Positions 39,939 to 49,781 of a stretch of DNA of 64,000 nucleotides are shown in pieces. Location: positions 25,866-89,865 of the forward strand of contig JAYONY010000003.1 of assembly GCA_038121585.1 (NCBI GenBank), given 5' to 3'. How positions within the stretch are numbered: the first letter of the stretch is position 1; every line of letters starts with the position of its first letter. The notes below the pieces were generated by a model. That model did no database searches. It saw nothing but the letters and a program-made list of their open reading frames with translations, and was not told the origin of the DNA. Source of the stretch: an archaeon (GTDB taxonomy: Archaea > Nanobdellota > Nanobdellia > Pacearchaeales > GW2011-AR1). Position numbers and translations under genes: made by a program.

Positions 39939-42482
39939 GTGTTAACAATACACGAAAAACGACTAGCAATAGTAGCTTCAATATGCGCAATAGTAATAGT
40001 CGGAACAGTCTTAGGTGCAAATAGTGCGACAGCACCAGACCTAGCACCACGTTACGATGCAAAATCGCAAGACACACTCTCTAAATTTGAGAGAAGTAAA
40101 GGCACTGCGGGAGATGTTAACAATGACGGACGATTTGATATTGCAGACCCACGAGATCTTGCAGCACACTTGAGCGGAATAGGCAAGGCAACTAATTATG
40201 AAAACGGCGACTTTAATACTGACCGAGCAATTGACGGACGAGACGTTCGTGACATGCTTATCGCTCTTGAACGAGTCTACTTGTCTAATACCCTTGAACC
40301 AGGATTAGAACAGGAAATCGTCTATCTTCAAGGCACAGGCATCCAACCAATGCCATGGGAATGTAATGGACCATTTATTCGAGGTGATGCAAACGATGAC
40401 GGTACAGTGAATCTTGCAGATGTAGTAACAATGCTTGATAATTTATTCGTAATTAATCCACCATACCAGCCAACACCACGAAACTGTCGGGACCAAGTAG
40501 ATGCAAACGACAATGAAGGTTATAACATAGCAGATCCTATCACCGTTGCAATCTCACTCTTCCCCATTACAGGACAACCACCAGTTAGTATTCCGGAACC
40601 AAACGTGCTTGGACATGATGAAGACGCATACGGAGCGCTAGCTTGTAATGGAGTAGATGAAGATGGCGACTGCCCAGGAGACACTAACGGAGATGGAGTA
40701 GTTTGTAGTTATGGCGATATTGGCGTTGACGAAGGAGAATGTAAAGTGCGTTATGATGCCCATATCGGAGAAAGCATTGGTACAATTGGCCCAACACTCC
40801 TTACTGAACTTGACTTTGAAGCAATACTAACATCTGGAACATTCGCTGGGTCAACAACCACACAAACAGTAGAGCTAGCGAATGCACCACTGCTATCATT
40901 CATTCACTTCAAAGATAATGACTTCTTTGATGAGGGACCAGCACTTGGGCTTGCGATAGATAATTTCGATGAACTATTCACTCATCGTATAACATTTAAC
41001 CCGCCTGCTGTCGCCACAATTGCATCAGGATTAGACGAGTTTGCTGGTGAAACACTCACCACACTAGGACGAGACCTTTTTGTAGTCTATGCAGCTTACA
41101 CTCCAAACAATTTGGTAATGGAACTTGTTGATCAAGATATTCAAGATACACTTAGCTTTGGATCAATCGGTAACTATAACCATAACGGACAAGCATTCCA
41201 AGTGCAAATCTCATTCATTTCCCCAACACAAGCCCAGTTTGTCGTTAATGGGGAAGTTACTGGCCCGCTTAATGAGCAAAATTCATGGACCCTAACAAAT
41301 GATTACACCATTGTAGTTGATGAAATAATTGGTAATGACGTAACATTTGTCCTTGGACGAAATGAATATTACATGCAAAGCAATGGAGCCGATCTAGAAA
41401 TTAACAGTATTGATGTAGATCAATTTACTGATTACAAATGGACCTCTTCATTTACTTACACTGCTACACCCACAACAATTGAGCTCTCTGAAATTGCGCT
41501 TCTTAACCGGGCCGATGATGAAGTTGTGTTTGGTTTCCCAACATGCACCCCAACAACACCCGGATGTGGAACGCCAACCTCTGGAAGTGCTACGGATTAT
41601 CCATTAATTGACGCACTAGAGTTCACAATCACAAACGGGCTTGTACCAGGCGATTATGAAGAGCTTTCCATAGTGCCTGATGGCGATGATAGTTTTACGC
41701 TAACAGCACCAGTGACTGATGGAGTAGCAAGTCTTAATTTACTTTACAAAGACTCATCTGATACGTTTGCAGGCACCGGGTTAAATCCAGGCAGTTTACT
41801 TGCTAGCTCTATGATAAACACACTCTTTGTTGATGAAGACATTCACGATTGGTTTGTTGTATCGTATAATAATCCAGCAATAGAAGTACCCGAATCTTAT
41901 GTTATGAAAATTGACAACATCGATGACAGTGATCCATTCAACCCGACAGTAACTCTTAGAAGTACCGCAGTGGGATCAAACGTACAAGTATCCCTACAAG
42001 TAGGAGAAACAGAGGATATTGGTGGGGCGGCAATAACGCTCAACTTTGCAGATGATAACACGGGAGAAATTCAACTTCAAGCGGCGAACCCTTACACTCG
42101 ATTCGATAGGCTCTATACTAAAGAAGGTTTACGTGTAGACTTACCAGTCCAGTGTTCAACCGCTGCACCCCCCATACCAGAGTGTAACTTTAGCCCTGGA
42201 ACTACATCAACATATGTACTAAACTTGAATTACGAAGCAGGTATTGCAGATACTGCAATTACGCTTGGAATAAATTCATTTGAGACTTCAGTCGTAGGGG
42301 TTGGACCGCAACCAGACTATGAAACATATGACAACACTGGTATTTATGAAGGATTTTCCCAAAGTGAAAATCCAATCAGGACATTCTATCATACGGGCTT
42401 CGATCAAGACTTTGTCGAAATTCTCTACTACTACCATGATACCTACGGTCAGATAACACTCAACGGAAGAGCTTGGATTTAA
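39939..42482 (+). CDS. Large surface protein: dockerin-like modules plus S-layer-like domain
   Basis: Signal peptide, GDVNNDGRFDIAD, FIRGDANDDGTVNLAD..C.DQVDAND; acidic, probably beta-rich body. Confidence 0.8.
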   Translation: MLTIHEKRLAIVASICAIVIVGTVLGANSATAPDLAPRYDAKSQDTLSKFERSKGTAGDVNNDGRFDIADPRDLAAHLSGIGKATNYENGDFNTDRAIDGRDVRDMLIALERVYLSNTLEPGLEQEIVYLQGTGIQPMPWECNGPFIRGDANDDGTVNLADVVTMLDNLFVINPPYQPTPRNCRDQVDANDNEGYNIADPITVAISLFPITGQPPVSIPEPNVLGHDEDAYGALACNGVDEDGDCPGDTNGDGVVCSYGDIGVDEGECKVRYDAHIGESIGTIGPTLLTELDFEAILTSGTFAGSTTTQTVELANAPLLSFIHFKDNDFFDEGPALGLAIDNFDELFTHRITFNPPAVATIASGLDEFAGETLTTLGRDLFVVYAAYTPNNLVMELVDQDIQDTLSFGSIGNYNHNGQAFQVQISFISPTQAQFVVNGEVTGPLNEQNSWTLTNDYTIVVDEIIGNDVTFVLGRNEYYMQSNGADLEINSIDVDQFTDYKWTSSFTYTATPTTIELSEIALLNRADDEVVFGFPTCTPTTPGCGTPTSGSATDYPLIDALEFTITNGLVPGDYEELSIVPDGDDSFTLTAPVTDGVASLNLLYKDSSDTFAGTGLNPGSLLASSMINTLFVDEDIHDWFVVSYNNPAIEVPESYVMKIDNIDDSDPFNPTVTLRSTAVGSNVQVSLQVGETEDIGGAAITLNFADDNTGEIQLQAANPYTRFDRLYTKEGLRVDLPVQCSTAAPPIPECNFSPGTTSTYVLNLNYEAGIADTAITLGINSFETSVVGVGPQPDYETYDNTGIYEGFSQSENPIRTFYHTGFDQDFVEILYYYHDTYGQITLNGRAWI

Positions 42483-42484
42483 CC

Positions 42485-42585
42485 ATGTTAACAGTACACG
42501 AACGACGACTAGCAATCCACAATCAAAAGTCGATTTACACTATTACGACGATGGCGCACTTGTTGAAATATTCTTACTCGCATAA
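42485..42585 (+). pseudogene. Internally deleted paralog of 39939..42482
   Basis: Begins MLTVHERRLAI versus MLTIHEKRLAI. Confidence 0.65.
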
Positions 42586-42616
42586 CCAATAAATACTCAA
42601 CTAGATTATTTCTGTA

Positions 42617-43012
42617 ATGCCAAGCAACAAATCTAAAGGGTCACGTGTTGAGCGAGAATTACTCAAACTATTTACTGCGTCGGGTTGGCGGGCAGCGCGA
42701 GTTGCGGGCAGTGGCGTGCATGATGATTCACCGTGTGATTTAATTGCGGGAAAAATTGGCCGGAAAGGCTACGCTGTCGAGGTTAAATCAAGCAAGGCAA
42801 AAACAATTTACATTTCTAACGCGCAAGTCGAAGACTTCCTTGTATTCGCACATTCAATCGGGCTCAAACCAGTTATTGCAGTCAGATTTAATCGTGAAGG
42901 ATGGCTATTCCTCGATCCAAAACACATGCGCGACACAGGAAAAAATTGGGCTGTTGATTTAGAACTTGCAAAAGAGAAAGGGAACAAATTTAGTCAATTC
43001 TTCGAGCGTTAA
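42617..43012 (+). CDS. hjc: Holliday junction resolvase Hjc
   Basis: KGSRVEREL, RVAGSG, DLIAG, EVKS. Confidence 0.95.
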   Translation: MPSNKSKGSRVERELLKLFTASGWRAARVAGSGVHDDSPCDLIAGKIGRKGYAVEVKSSKAKTIYISNAQVEDFLVFAHSIGLKPVIAVRFNREGWLFLDPKHMRDTGKNWAVDLELAKEKGNKFSQFFER

Positions 43013-43095
43013 CGCACTCGAGGCCATTCAACTTTCATAAGTTGAAGGTTTTGAAAAGCAATATATAAATAGCATCTTTCCGAAATAGTGTTGTA

Positions 43096-43887
43096 ATGAA
43101 AAAATCAATTATGCTTCTAGGAGTGTTCGTAGCCATTGCGTTTGTTCTAACAATCTTATTCTTTCCCTCCAAAACGATATTATCAGAAAGAGAATTATCG
43201 AATCAAATAGGAATTGAAATGCAAGAACGAGCAGCAGAGATAACATTACCCGAATCTTATTCGGTCATGTTTACTACGAGCTCATGTCAGGGCTCACATT
43301 GCTTTACAGTAATTGATGAAACGTACACCTACGAAATTGCTAATGGAGCAGTTAGCACCTACTCAGGAAGTAAAGAGATGAGAGGCTATACGTCGCTTGA
43401 TTGTACGTATGACTATGATACAATCACTGAAAGCGAATTATGTACTTGCTTTGATTTTCCAGAAACAGAACAAGAAATAAGCTGTGAACCTCACCCTTCA
43501 AAACGCGACGCACTAATCGATCTAAAACTGTTACTTGCTGAGGTGGAATCAGTGCAGCTGGAGACAGTGCGATATTCTCATAGACCCATAGGAGCAACTA
43601 AAGTAACACCCTCTGAGAATTCAGAGGATAAACCATTAGAAAATGCTTGGACACATTGTGAAACAAAACACGGCATTTCAGCACGTTATAACCCTGCCAC
43701 AGAATCTTATGAAGTTGAGTGTTATCAGAATGGCTGTGAAATATCAGCCCAAGGAGTAACTGAATGTACTGAAGTAGAAGAGTACTGCATTAGTTATTAC
43801 AGTGAAGAAAAAAGCACCTCCTTATGCTACAAAAATGATGTATTAGTATCAATAGAAACTAGCGAGGGAACATATACCCTTGTTTGA
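43096..43887 (+). CDS. Membrane-anchored Cys-rich hypothetical protein
   Basis: N-terminal TM, many Cys. Confidence 0.7.
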   Translation: MKKSIMLLGVFVAIAFVLTILFFPSKTILSERELSNQIGIEMQERAAEITLPESYSVMFTTSSCQGSHCFTVIDETYTYEIANGAVSTYSGSKEMRGYTSLDCTYDYDTITESELCTCFDFPETEQEISCEPHPSKRDALIDLKLLLAEVESVQLETVRYSHRPIGATKVTPSENSEDKPLENAWTHCETKHGISARYNPATESYEVECYQNGCEISAQGVTECTEVEEYCISYYSEEKSTSLCYKNDVLVSIETSEGTYTLV

Positions 43888-43947
43888 TTTTCAAACAACT
43901 CCTTTTCCGAAACACATATTTATAAACTATAGTTGAACTATAGGAAC

Positions 43948-44193
43948 ATGGTTACAACAATACAGATTAGTGAATCACTCAAAGATAGGCTTGTAGCACT
44001 CAAGAGATCCCATAAAGACTCGTACGAAGATGTAATAGCTGCAGCGCTTAATCGTCAGGAAAAAGAACTAACAGACTATGAAAAAAATATGGCCGAAGGG
44101 TATATTGAGATGGCCGAAGAGACAATGAAAATAATGGATGAGTTCAAATATGCTGATGCAGAGATAGATTGGGAGTGGGATGGAGATCTTTAG
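43948..44193 (+). CDS. Antitoxin (TTIQIS-type DNA-binding N-terminus)
   Basis: TTIQIS..LK..L..LK....SYEDVI; overlaps the toxin gene. Confidence 0.8.
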   Translation: MVTTIQISESLKDRLVALKRSHKDSYEDVIAAALNRQEKELTDYEKNMAEGYIEMAEETMKIMDEFKYADAEIDWEWDGDL

Positions 44194-44524
44194 AGGCGAC
44201 ATTATAGTTGCTAATTTTGAACCAATCATTGGTTCTGAACAAGGAGGTGTTCGACCAGCATTAGTTATTCAAAACAATCTCGGAAATAAATATGGTCGAA
44301 CAACCATTGTTGCCCCCTTAACGACAACCACCTACCACCAAAAACATCCAACACGCGTGCCAATCAGCAAAAAGGAATCTAAACTCAAAAAAGATTCAAC
44401 AGTTTTGCTCCATCAAATACGGGTTATAGATAAGCGAAGAATTGGAAAACGAATTTCACGCATACCAATACACATACAGTATAAAGTTGATTCCGCGATT
44501 AAAGAAAGTCTCGGCCTTGCCTAA
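44180..44524 (+). CDS. mazF: MazF/PemK family toxin
   Basis: RGDI, GSEQGGVRPALVIQN, QIRVIDK.R. Confidence 0.95.
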   Translation: MEIFRGDIIVANFEPIIGSEQGGVRPALVIQNNLGNKYGRTTIVAPLTTTTYHQKHPTRVPISKKESKLKKDSTVLLHQIRVIDKRRIGKRISRIPIHIQYKVDSAIKESLGLA

Positions 44525-45027
44525 ATATTTGCTTCGCCAGGCTTCCACTCAACAGGGCATAATCCGCCAGTCTTGAACGCTTTTAGAACTCTAAGTGTCT
44601 CGTCAATAGAACGACCAACGTCGTGGTGTGAAATAACCGCGTATTTGAGTTCGTTCTCAGGAGAGATAATGAAGGTCCCACGCAAAGCCTTACCATCCTC
44701 TTCAAGCACGTTAAACATATTTGCAATCTTATGAGTTGTGTCGGCAATCACTTCAAACTTAACCTCTGGCAAATCACGCTCAAACCAGGCCTTGTGGGAG
44801 TGTTCTGAATCAGTTGAACATCCTAAAATAACAGCATCTTCCTTCTTGAATTCCTCTTCAAGCTTTGCAAACCCACGAATTTCTGTCGGACAGACAAACG
44901 TGAAGTCACGCGGATAAAAGAATAATACCTTCCACTTCTTGCCGTGATCAGTTAACATTTTCTTCACAAACTCACCGTTATGATAAGCAGTATATTCAAA
45001 ATCTTCAACTTGTTCGCCGACTTTCAT
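44521..45027 (-). CDS. ahpC: 2-Cys peroxiredoxin
   Basis: FYPRDFTFVCPTE, GRS.DE.LR, LCP..W. Confidence 0.95.
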   Translation of the reverse strand: MKVGEQVEDFEYTAYHNGEFVKKMLTDHGKKWKVLFFYPRDFTFVCPTEIRGFAKLEEEFKKEDAVILGCSTDSEHSHKAWFERDLPEVKFEVIADTTHKIANMFNVLEEDGKALRGTFIISPENELKYAVISHHDVGRSIDETLRVLKAFKTGGLCPVEWKPGEANI

Positions 45028-45076
45028 TGTGATAACACGCATTACTAGAACTTTAAAAGTGTTGTGGAAACGGTGT

Positions 45077-45415
45077 TTACAATACTTCTTCCCCAATCTT
45101 TCGTAGAATATTTGTTATTTCAGCAATGACTTTTTGCTGGCTTTTTTTGTCAGACATACGAACGAATTTGATGAGGAGCGTAATTAGTTCTTCTTTTGAG
45201 AATACCTTGAGCTTGTGCTCATCGACAAGAAAATAGAATCTGAATCCTTTGTACTTGAGTTCTTTTATCGCAATGCCCCCAACACGACCAACCGGTTTGC
45301 CTTTGTGCGGATTATCGCCTAATGACTTCATCAATCGAAACACTTTGATAGATTCACCCTTAAACTTAGCGAACACTTCTTCGCGTAATTCCTTGACTAT
45401 TTCGACTCGGGCCAT
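45077..45415 (-). CDS. RelE-like toxin
   Basis: L..NP.KGK...IKELKY..FRFYF; overlaps the antitoxin gene. Confidence 0.65.
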   Translation of the reverse strand: MARVEIVKELREEVFAKFKGESIKVFRLMKSLGDNPHKGKPVGRVGGIAIKELKYKGFRFYFLVDEHKLKVFSKEELITLLIKFVRMSDKKSQQKVIAEITNILRKIGEEVL

Positions 45416-45609
45416 CGTCGCTTAGCCTCTTTAATTGCCTCTTCAATAGGTACGCTGTCCTCAGACGACATTAAGAATTCTCGTAGCTGCGTTTTTACCG
45501 CCATTTCGTAGAGTCTTGACAGTATTGTGTCATAGCTCTCGCCTTTGATGCCAAACGAGGCAATTTTCTTCTTGGTCGCGTCAGATACTTGAATTGTAGT
45601 GGTTCCCAT
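45397..45609 (-). CDS. Antitoxin
   Basis: TTIQVS..TK......KGESYD.IL.RL. Confidence 0.75.
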   Translation of the reverse strand: MGTTTIQVSDATKKKIASFGIKGESYDTILSRLYEMAVKTQLREFLMSSEDSVPIEEAIKEAKRRWPESK

Positions 45610-45701
45610 TTTGTACGTTCTCTCGTGAAGTGGGAATTATCCAGGAAGGACGGTTCCCATACTATAATTGCTATAGGAGCTATAGTATTTATAGTTTGGT
45701 A

Positions 45702-46106
45702 TTATACAAAAAACACATAGAGAAACGTTAGAACACCAGTCACTGCAACTTCAAGCAATGGCGAAATGCCAACCCCGAAAATTGTAGGCATTTTTGTAGA
45801 ATACTCCCATCGTTTCATTCTAAGAGATAGTTTTTCATCGGTAAATGAAAACAATATGGCCAAACAAGTAAAGAAGATGAGTTGCGGCGCATTTGTTAGA
45901 ATATTCACTGTACCAAATACAAGCGTGCTCAAAAGGAAAAATACAACTATCCACACACCATCTTTCAACGAAGCACCGAGCACGGAAGGAATGTATTTTT
46001 TAACTGATTCTCGCAAACACGTCACATAGAGTTGACTGTGCACTACTTCCCAAACAAGATTAAGCAAAAACGCAACAAGAAAGATTTCTATTGTGATAAG
46101 CAACAT
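45702..46106 (-). CDS. Hypothetical membrane protein
   Basis: LLNLVWE..H, RWEY...MP...GVG.SP. Confidence 0.7.
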   Translation of the reverse strand: MLLITIEIFLVAFLLNLVWEVVHSQLYVTCLRESVKKYIPSVLGASLKDGVWIVVFFLLSTLVFGTVNILTNAPQLIFFTCLAILFSFTDEKLSLRMKRWEYSTKMPTIFGVGISPLLEVAVTGVLTFLYVFFV

Positions 46107-46137
46107 ACATACTACAGAAGATTAGAGATTATAATCG

Positions 46138-47094
46138 TTACGTCGCCTGAACACGTTTTTGATTAATGTACTCGTATGCTGAGTGCGCGCCAATACATCC
46201 TTCTGCTACGCCCGTAATTAATTGTTTGAATGGTGTGTCAGCACAATCGCCAGCTGCGAACACGCCTTCAACGTTTGTCCGCGCTTCCTTATCAGTAACG
46301 ATTTCTTTCTTCCTATTACGCTTCACACCAAGCGTTGCTGCAAGTTCAGTGAGTACTTCGTGACCAATAGCGACGAATACCCCTTGCATCTCCATTTCTT
46401 TCTTACCCTTGTAGGGTTTTGTAAGTTCAATAGACGAGACTAATTGCTCTCCTTTAATCGCTGCAATCTCAGTTCCTTCAATCACTTCAATGTTTTTTGC
46501 GTCCTTAACGCGCTGAGCATTAATTGGTTCTGGATGGAGTGTTGAACGTGCAATAATATAGACTTTCTTCGCGTGTTCAGCTAACACTAACGCATCTTTC
46601 GCTGCAGAGTCAGACCCGCCAACAATGCATGTAATCTTATTTCTAAAGAGCGGTGCATCACACAACGCACAGTACGCAATACCTTTATGTTCGAATTCTT
46701 TCGCGCCAGGCACTGATTCAGGCAATTTCTTCCATTTCGTACCTGTTGCAATCATAATTGCTTTTGACGTGTAGGTTCCCTTATCAGTTTTAACCGTGAA
46801 TCCCTTCGCTGTCTTTTCAGCAGTGTTAGCTTTCTCTTCTTTAATCGTCACAAGATCATACTCGCGAGCATGCTCTTCAATTTTTTGTGCAAGATCAGGA
46901 CCAGAGATTGATTTGAACCCAGGATAATTCTCAACTAAGTGCGTCGTCGTAATAACACCGCCCACTGGTAACTCCGCCATGTGCGAGAAGCCTAAACAGA
47001 GCGATTTAAGCCCTAAACGAGCTGCATACATTGCTGAAGCAAGGCCAGAGCCACCGGCGCCAATAACAATATAATCATACTTTTCAGTTACCAT
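46138..47094 (-). CDS. trxB: Thioredoxin reductase
   Basis: IGAGGSG, ENYPG, CALCD, GVFAAGD. Confidence 0.95.
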   Translation of the reverse strand: MVTEKYDYIVIGAGGSGLASAMYAARLGLKSLCLGFSHMAELPVGGVITTTHLVENYPGFKSISGPDLAQKIEEHAREYDLVTIKEEKANTAEKTAKGFTVKTDKGTYTSKAIMIATGTKWKKLPESVPGAKEFEHKGIAYCALCDAPLFRNKITCIVGGSDSAAKDALVLAEHAKKVYIIARSTLHPEPINAQRVKDAKNIEVIEGTEIAAIKGEQLVSSIELTKPYKGKKEMEMQGVFVAIGHEVLTELAATLGVKRNRKKEIVTDKEARTNVEGVFAAGDCADTPFKQLITGVAEGCIGAHSAYEYINQKRVQAT

Positions 47095-47095
47095 T

Positions 47096-47329
47096 TTACT
47101 TAATCTTTAATGCTTTCTTGAGTGCGTCCTCATCAAACCCAATGATAATCTCACCATCAACATCTATGACTGGAACGCCCGTTTGACCTGATAATTTCAC
47201 CACTTCCTCAGCCTTCTCAGGATGCTCAGTAATGTTAACTTCAGCGTACTTCACATCGTGCTCCTTAAACCATTCCTTAGTCTTTTTACACCATGTGCAT
47301 GTACTCGTCGAATAAATTGTTACGTTCAT
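47096..47329 (-). CDS. Glutaredoxin/NrdH-like redoxin
   Basis: CTWC, GVPVI, IIGFD. Confidence 0.92.
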   Translation of the reverse strand: MNVTIYSTSTCTWCKKTKEWFKEHDVKYAEVNITEHPEKAEEVVKLSGQTGVPVIDVDGEIIIGFDEDALKKALKIK

Positions 47330-47397
47330 AGTTTACTCCTCCTTATTCGCTGAAATACAAACAGTTATTTAAACATTGCGTGGTCAGGGTTAACAGA

Positions 47398-47874
47398 ATG
47401 GACAAATCACTCAAAGACTTCTTAGACAATAACAAAATTACGTATGAGGAATTCACACACCCAGCTATCTTCACCGTTGCAGAAGGGAAGAAGCTAAAAG
47501 AGAACCTTCCAGGACTGCACTGCAAATGCTTGTTTCTCTATGATGAGCAGAAACGCTACTACTTACTCGGTATGCAGGCTAACGCACGATGTGATTTGAA
47601 AGGATTGCGCAAACAACTTGGTGTCAAGAAACTCCAGTTTGGGAGTGAGGAAAAGCTCTGGGACTATCTTAAAGTTAAACCAGGCAGCGTAAGCATCTTT
47701 GCAATGATACATGCTGAAGACAAGGTCAAACTCTTGCTCTCTAAAGAAGTGTGGGATGCTGACAAAGTAGGATTTCATCCGAATGTGAATACTGCTACTA
47801 TCGTGGTCGATCATGCAAACCTAGTTAAATGTGTTGAAGCACTATCTAGAACGTTTGAGATAGTTATAGTATGA
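47398..47874 (+). CDS. ProX/YbaK-like aminoacyl-tRNA editing protein
   Basis: HPAIFTV, K.LFL, PGSVS.F, FHP.VN.AT. Confidence 0.88.
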   Translation: MDKSLKDFLDNNKITYEEFTHPAIFTVAEGKKLKENLPGLHCKCLFLYDEQKRYYLLGMQANARCDLKGLRKQLGVKKLQFGSEEKLWDYLKVKPGSVSIFAMIHAEDKVKLLLSKEVWDADKVGFHPNVNTATIVVDHANLVKCVEALSRTFEIVIV

Positions 47875-47975
47875 AAGATGAAAAAGAATTACAGGCTTTT
47901 GTTTTTGAAGCACAAAAAGAATGTATGAAACAAATTTGGGATAATGAATATGATGAAGTCTGGGAAAGGGTTTAG
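47871..47975 (+). CDS. 34-aa ORF resembling an antitoxin C-terminus
   Basis: MKQIWDNEYDEVW; ATGA overlap with the upstream stop. Confidence 0.4.
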   Translation: MKDEKELQAFVFEAQKECMKQIWDNEYDEVWERV

Positions 47976-48429
47976 TAAACGAGAAGTCACCGTCATTATC
48001 TTTATGATTGCATTTTCGCTCGGGTTTTCCTATGCGTTTGATTATACCCCCGTACAACCAGAAGGACCACTCGCGTGCTTTGACGACACGTGCTTCACAA
48101 TTGAAGTTGTTGATACACCTGAAACACGACAAGTCGGCCTCATGTACCGCGAGTACCTTGCGCCTGACAGCGGGATGTTATTTATCTTTGAAGAAGAAGC
48201 AATTTATCCATTCTGGATGAAAAATACTTTGATAGAACTCGATATGATTTGGATGAATGCAGATTATGAAGTCGTCTACATTGCTCGAAATGTACCACCG
48301 TGCGAAGTTGAACAATGCCCCTCATATAACCCTGGTGTTGCAGCATTATACGTTTTAGAAGTTGCAGGCGGGCGTGCTGCAGAATCTGGAATTACCGTCG
48401 GTGATACGATGTACGTACGTTATTCTTAG
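47944..48429 (+). CDS. DUF192 domain protein
   Basis: GLMYR, GMLFIF, FWMKNT, YVLEV. Confidence 0.92.
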   Translation: MNMMKSGKGFSKREVTVIIFMIAFSLGFSYAFDYTPVQPEGPLACFDDTCFTIEVVDTPETRQVGLMYREYLAPDSGMLFIFEEEAIYPFWMKNTLIELDMIWMNADYEVVYIARNVPPCEVEQCPSYNPGVAALYVLEVAGGRAAESGITVGDTMYVRYS

Positions 48430-48469
48430 CGTAAAATTTAAAAATTAAACTTGTATATATCATTTTATC

Positions 48470-48991
48470 ATGGTATCCCCCAAATATAATTGGAGAAATT
48501 TTAAGGGTGAATCAGCAGACGACTTAGAAGCATTTGGTATTAGCGCCGATATTCCTGACCTTCATGCAATCAATACACATTCCGCATTTGAAGATCCTCG
48601 AGGGGAAAAAACTCTTGGTACTTTAATTAATGAGGGTGAAGTCACTGCCAGGGAAGTATACACTCGTGCCCATACCCCCTATGGTGGGGAAACCCAAGTA
48701 GGAAAAGATGAACCTTTTGATTATGCAGGTACAATTTCACGTGCGCATGAACGAGACACTCATAGAACGAGGGAAATATTTCGTAGTCTTCTAGAAGATG
48801 GAAAGAACAAAGACCATGCAAAATTCCTCGGAATGCTCTATCGGAATGCGTCCCCTGCAGCTTATGAAGAAGCTCGAAAAGACCTTCGTGATGAACCCTA
48901 TCGACCGGATTTTGGAAAAGAGGATACAGGCATATTAAAATTAAAGGCAAAACTTGATGCTAAACTTGACATGTCGTATGACAACGAATAA
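48470..48991 (+). CDS. Hypothetical protein
   Basis: 173-aa ORF. Confidence 0.6.
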   Translation: MVSPKYNWRNFKGESADDLEAFGISADIPDLHAINTHSAFEDPRGEKTLGTLINEGEVTAREVYTRAHTPYGGETQVGKDEPFDYAGTISRAHERDTHRTREIFRSLLEDGKNKDHAKFLGMLYRNASPAAYEEARKDLRDEPYRPDFGKEDTGILKLKAKLDAKLDMSYDNE

Positions 48992-49046
48992 AACAGTTTC
49001 ATTTCTGCAAGAATAATTAATTAGTTTTTATCAACAATACACTAGC

Positions 49047-49781
49047 ATGAAAAAACATCATGCATTACTAATAACGGGACTATTCATGTTACTCGTACTT
49101 GCAAATACATTTATCTTTTCCCAGGCATTTACTGATTCCCGAGAAGCAGTCATTATCCTCAACGTCCTTGATGGCGATACAGTAAAACTTGAAGATGGGC
49201 GTAGTATTCGCATGCTTAACATTAATGCTGCAGAAAAAGGACGTGCTCATGCAGATGAAGCAACAACATACCTCAAACAATATGAGAACACGACAGTCTT
49301 ACTTGATGCTGCTGGAACCGGGCAGTATGGGCGAACACTCGGAAGATTATACACGCAAGATAACATATACATCAACTTAGAACTTGTTGCACAAGGACTC
49401 GTGCACGCGTATCTTGTTGATGATTCTGAAACCCGTGATTTTTCAGAAGTAGAGCAAATAGCTATTGCTCAGGGAAAAGGGCTTTGGCAACACTCCCCCC
49501 ACTACGAGTGCTTAGACGTAATGCTCAATTATGTAGAAGAATTTGTTACTCTAACCAACTATTGTCAAACAAACATGACTGATTGGACGCTCAAGGATTT
49601 ATCGACGAGAAACTATAAATTTAAGAAGAATACACCTGCTTCTTTTACACTCTATTCAGGCAATGGCATTGATACAAAAACAGAATACTATTGGGGGCGT
49701 GGAAGCGCCTGGAATGATGATGGCGACGCGATATTTATTCGTGATGCTGACGGTTTGCTTGTGTATTATGAGCAGTACTAG
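49047..49781 (+). CDS. Thermonuclease (SNase) with lamin-tail-like domain
   Basis: VLDGDT, IRMLNINAAE, YGRTL, GKGLW; W.LKD...WNDDGD. Confidence 0.88.
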   Translation: MKKHHALLITGLFMLLVLANTFIFSQAFTDSREAVIILNVLDGDTVKLEDGRSIRMLNINAAEKGRAHADEATTYLKQYENTTVLLDAAGTGQYGRTLGRLYTQDNIYINLELVAQGLVHAYLVDDSETRDFSEVEQIAIAQGKGLWQHSPHYECLDVMLNYVEEFVTLTNYCQTNMTDWTLKDLSTRNYKFKKNTPASFTLYSGNGIDTKTEYYWGRGSAWNDDGDAIFIRDADGLLVYYEQY

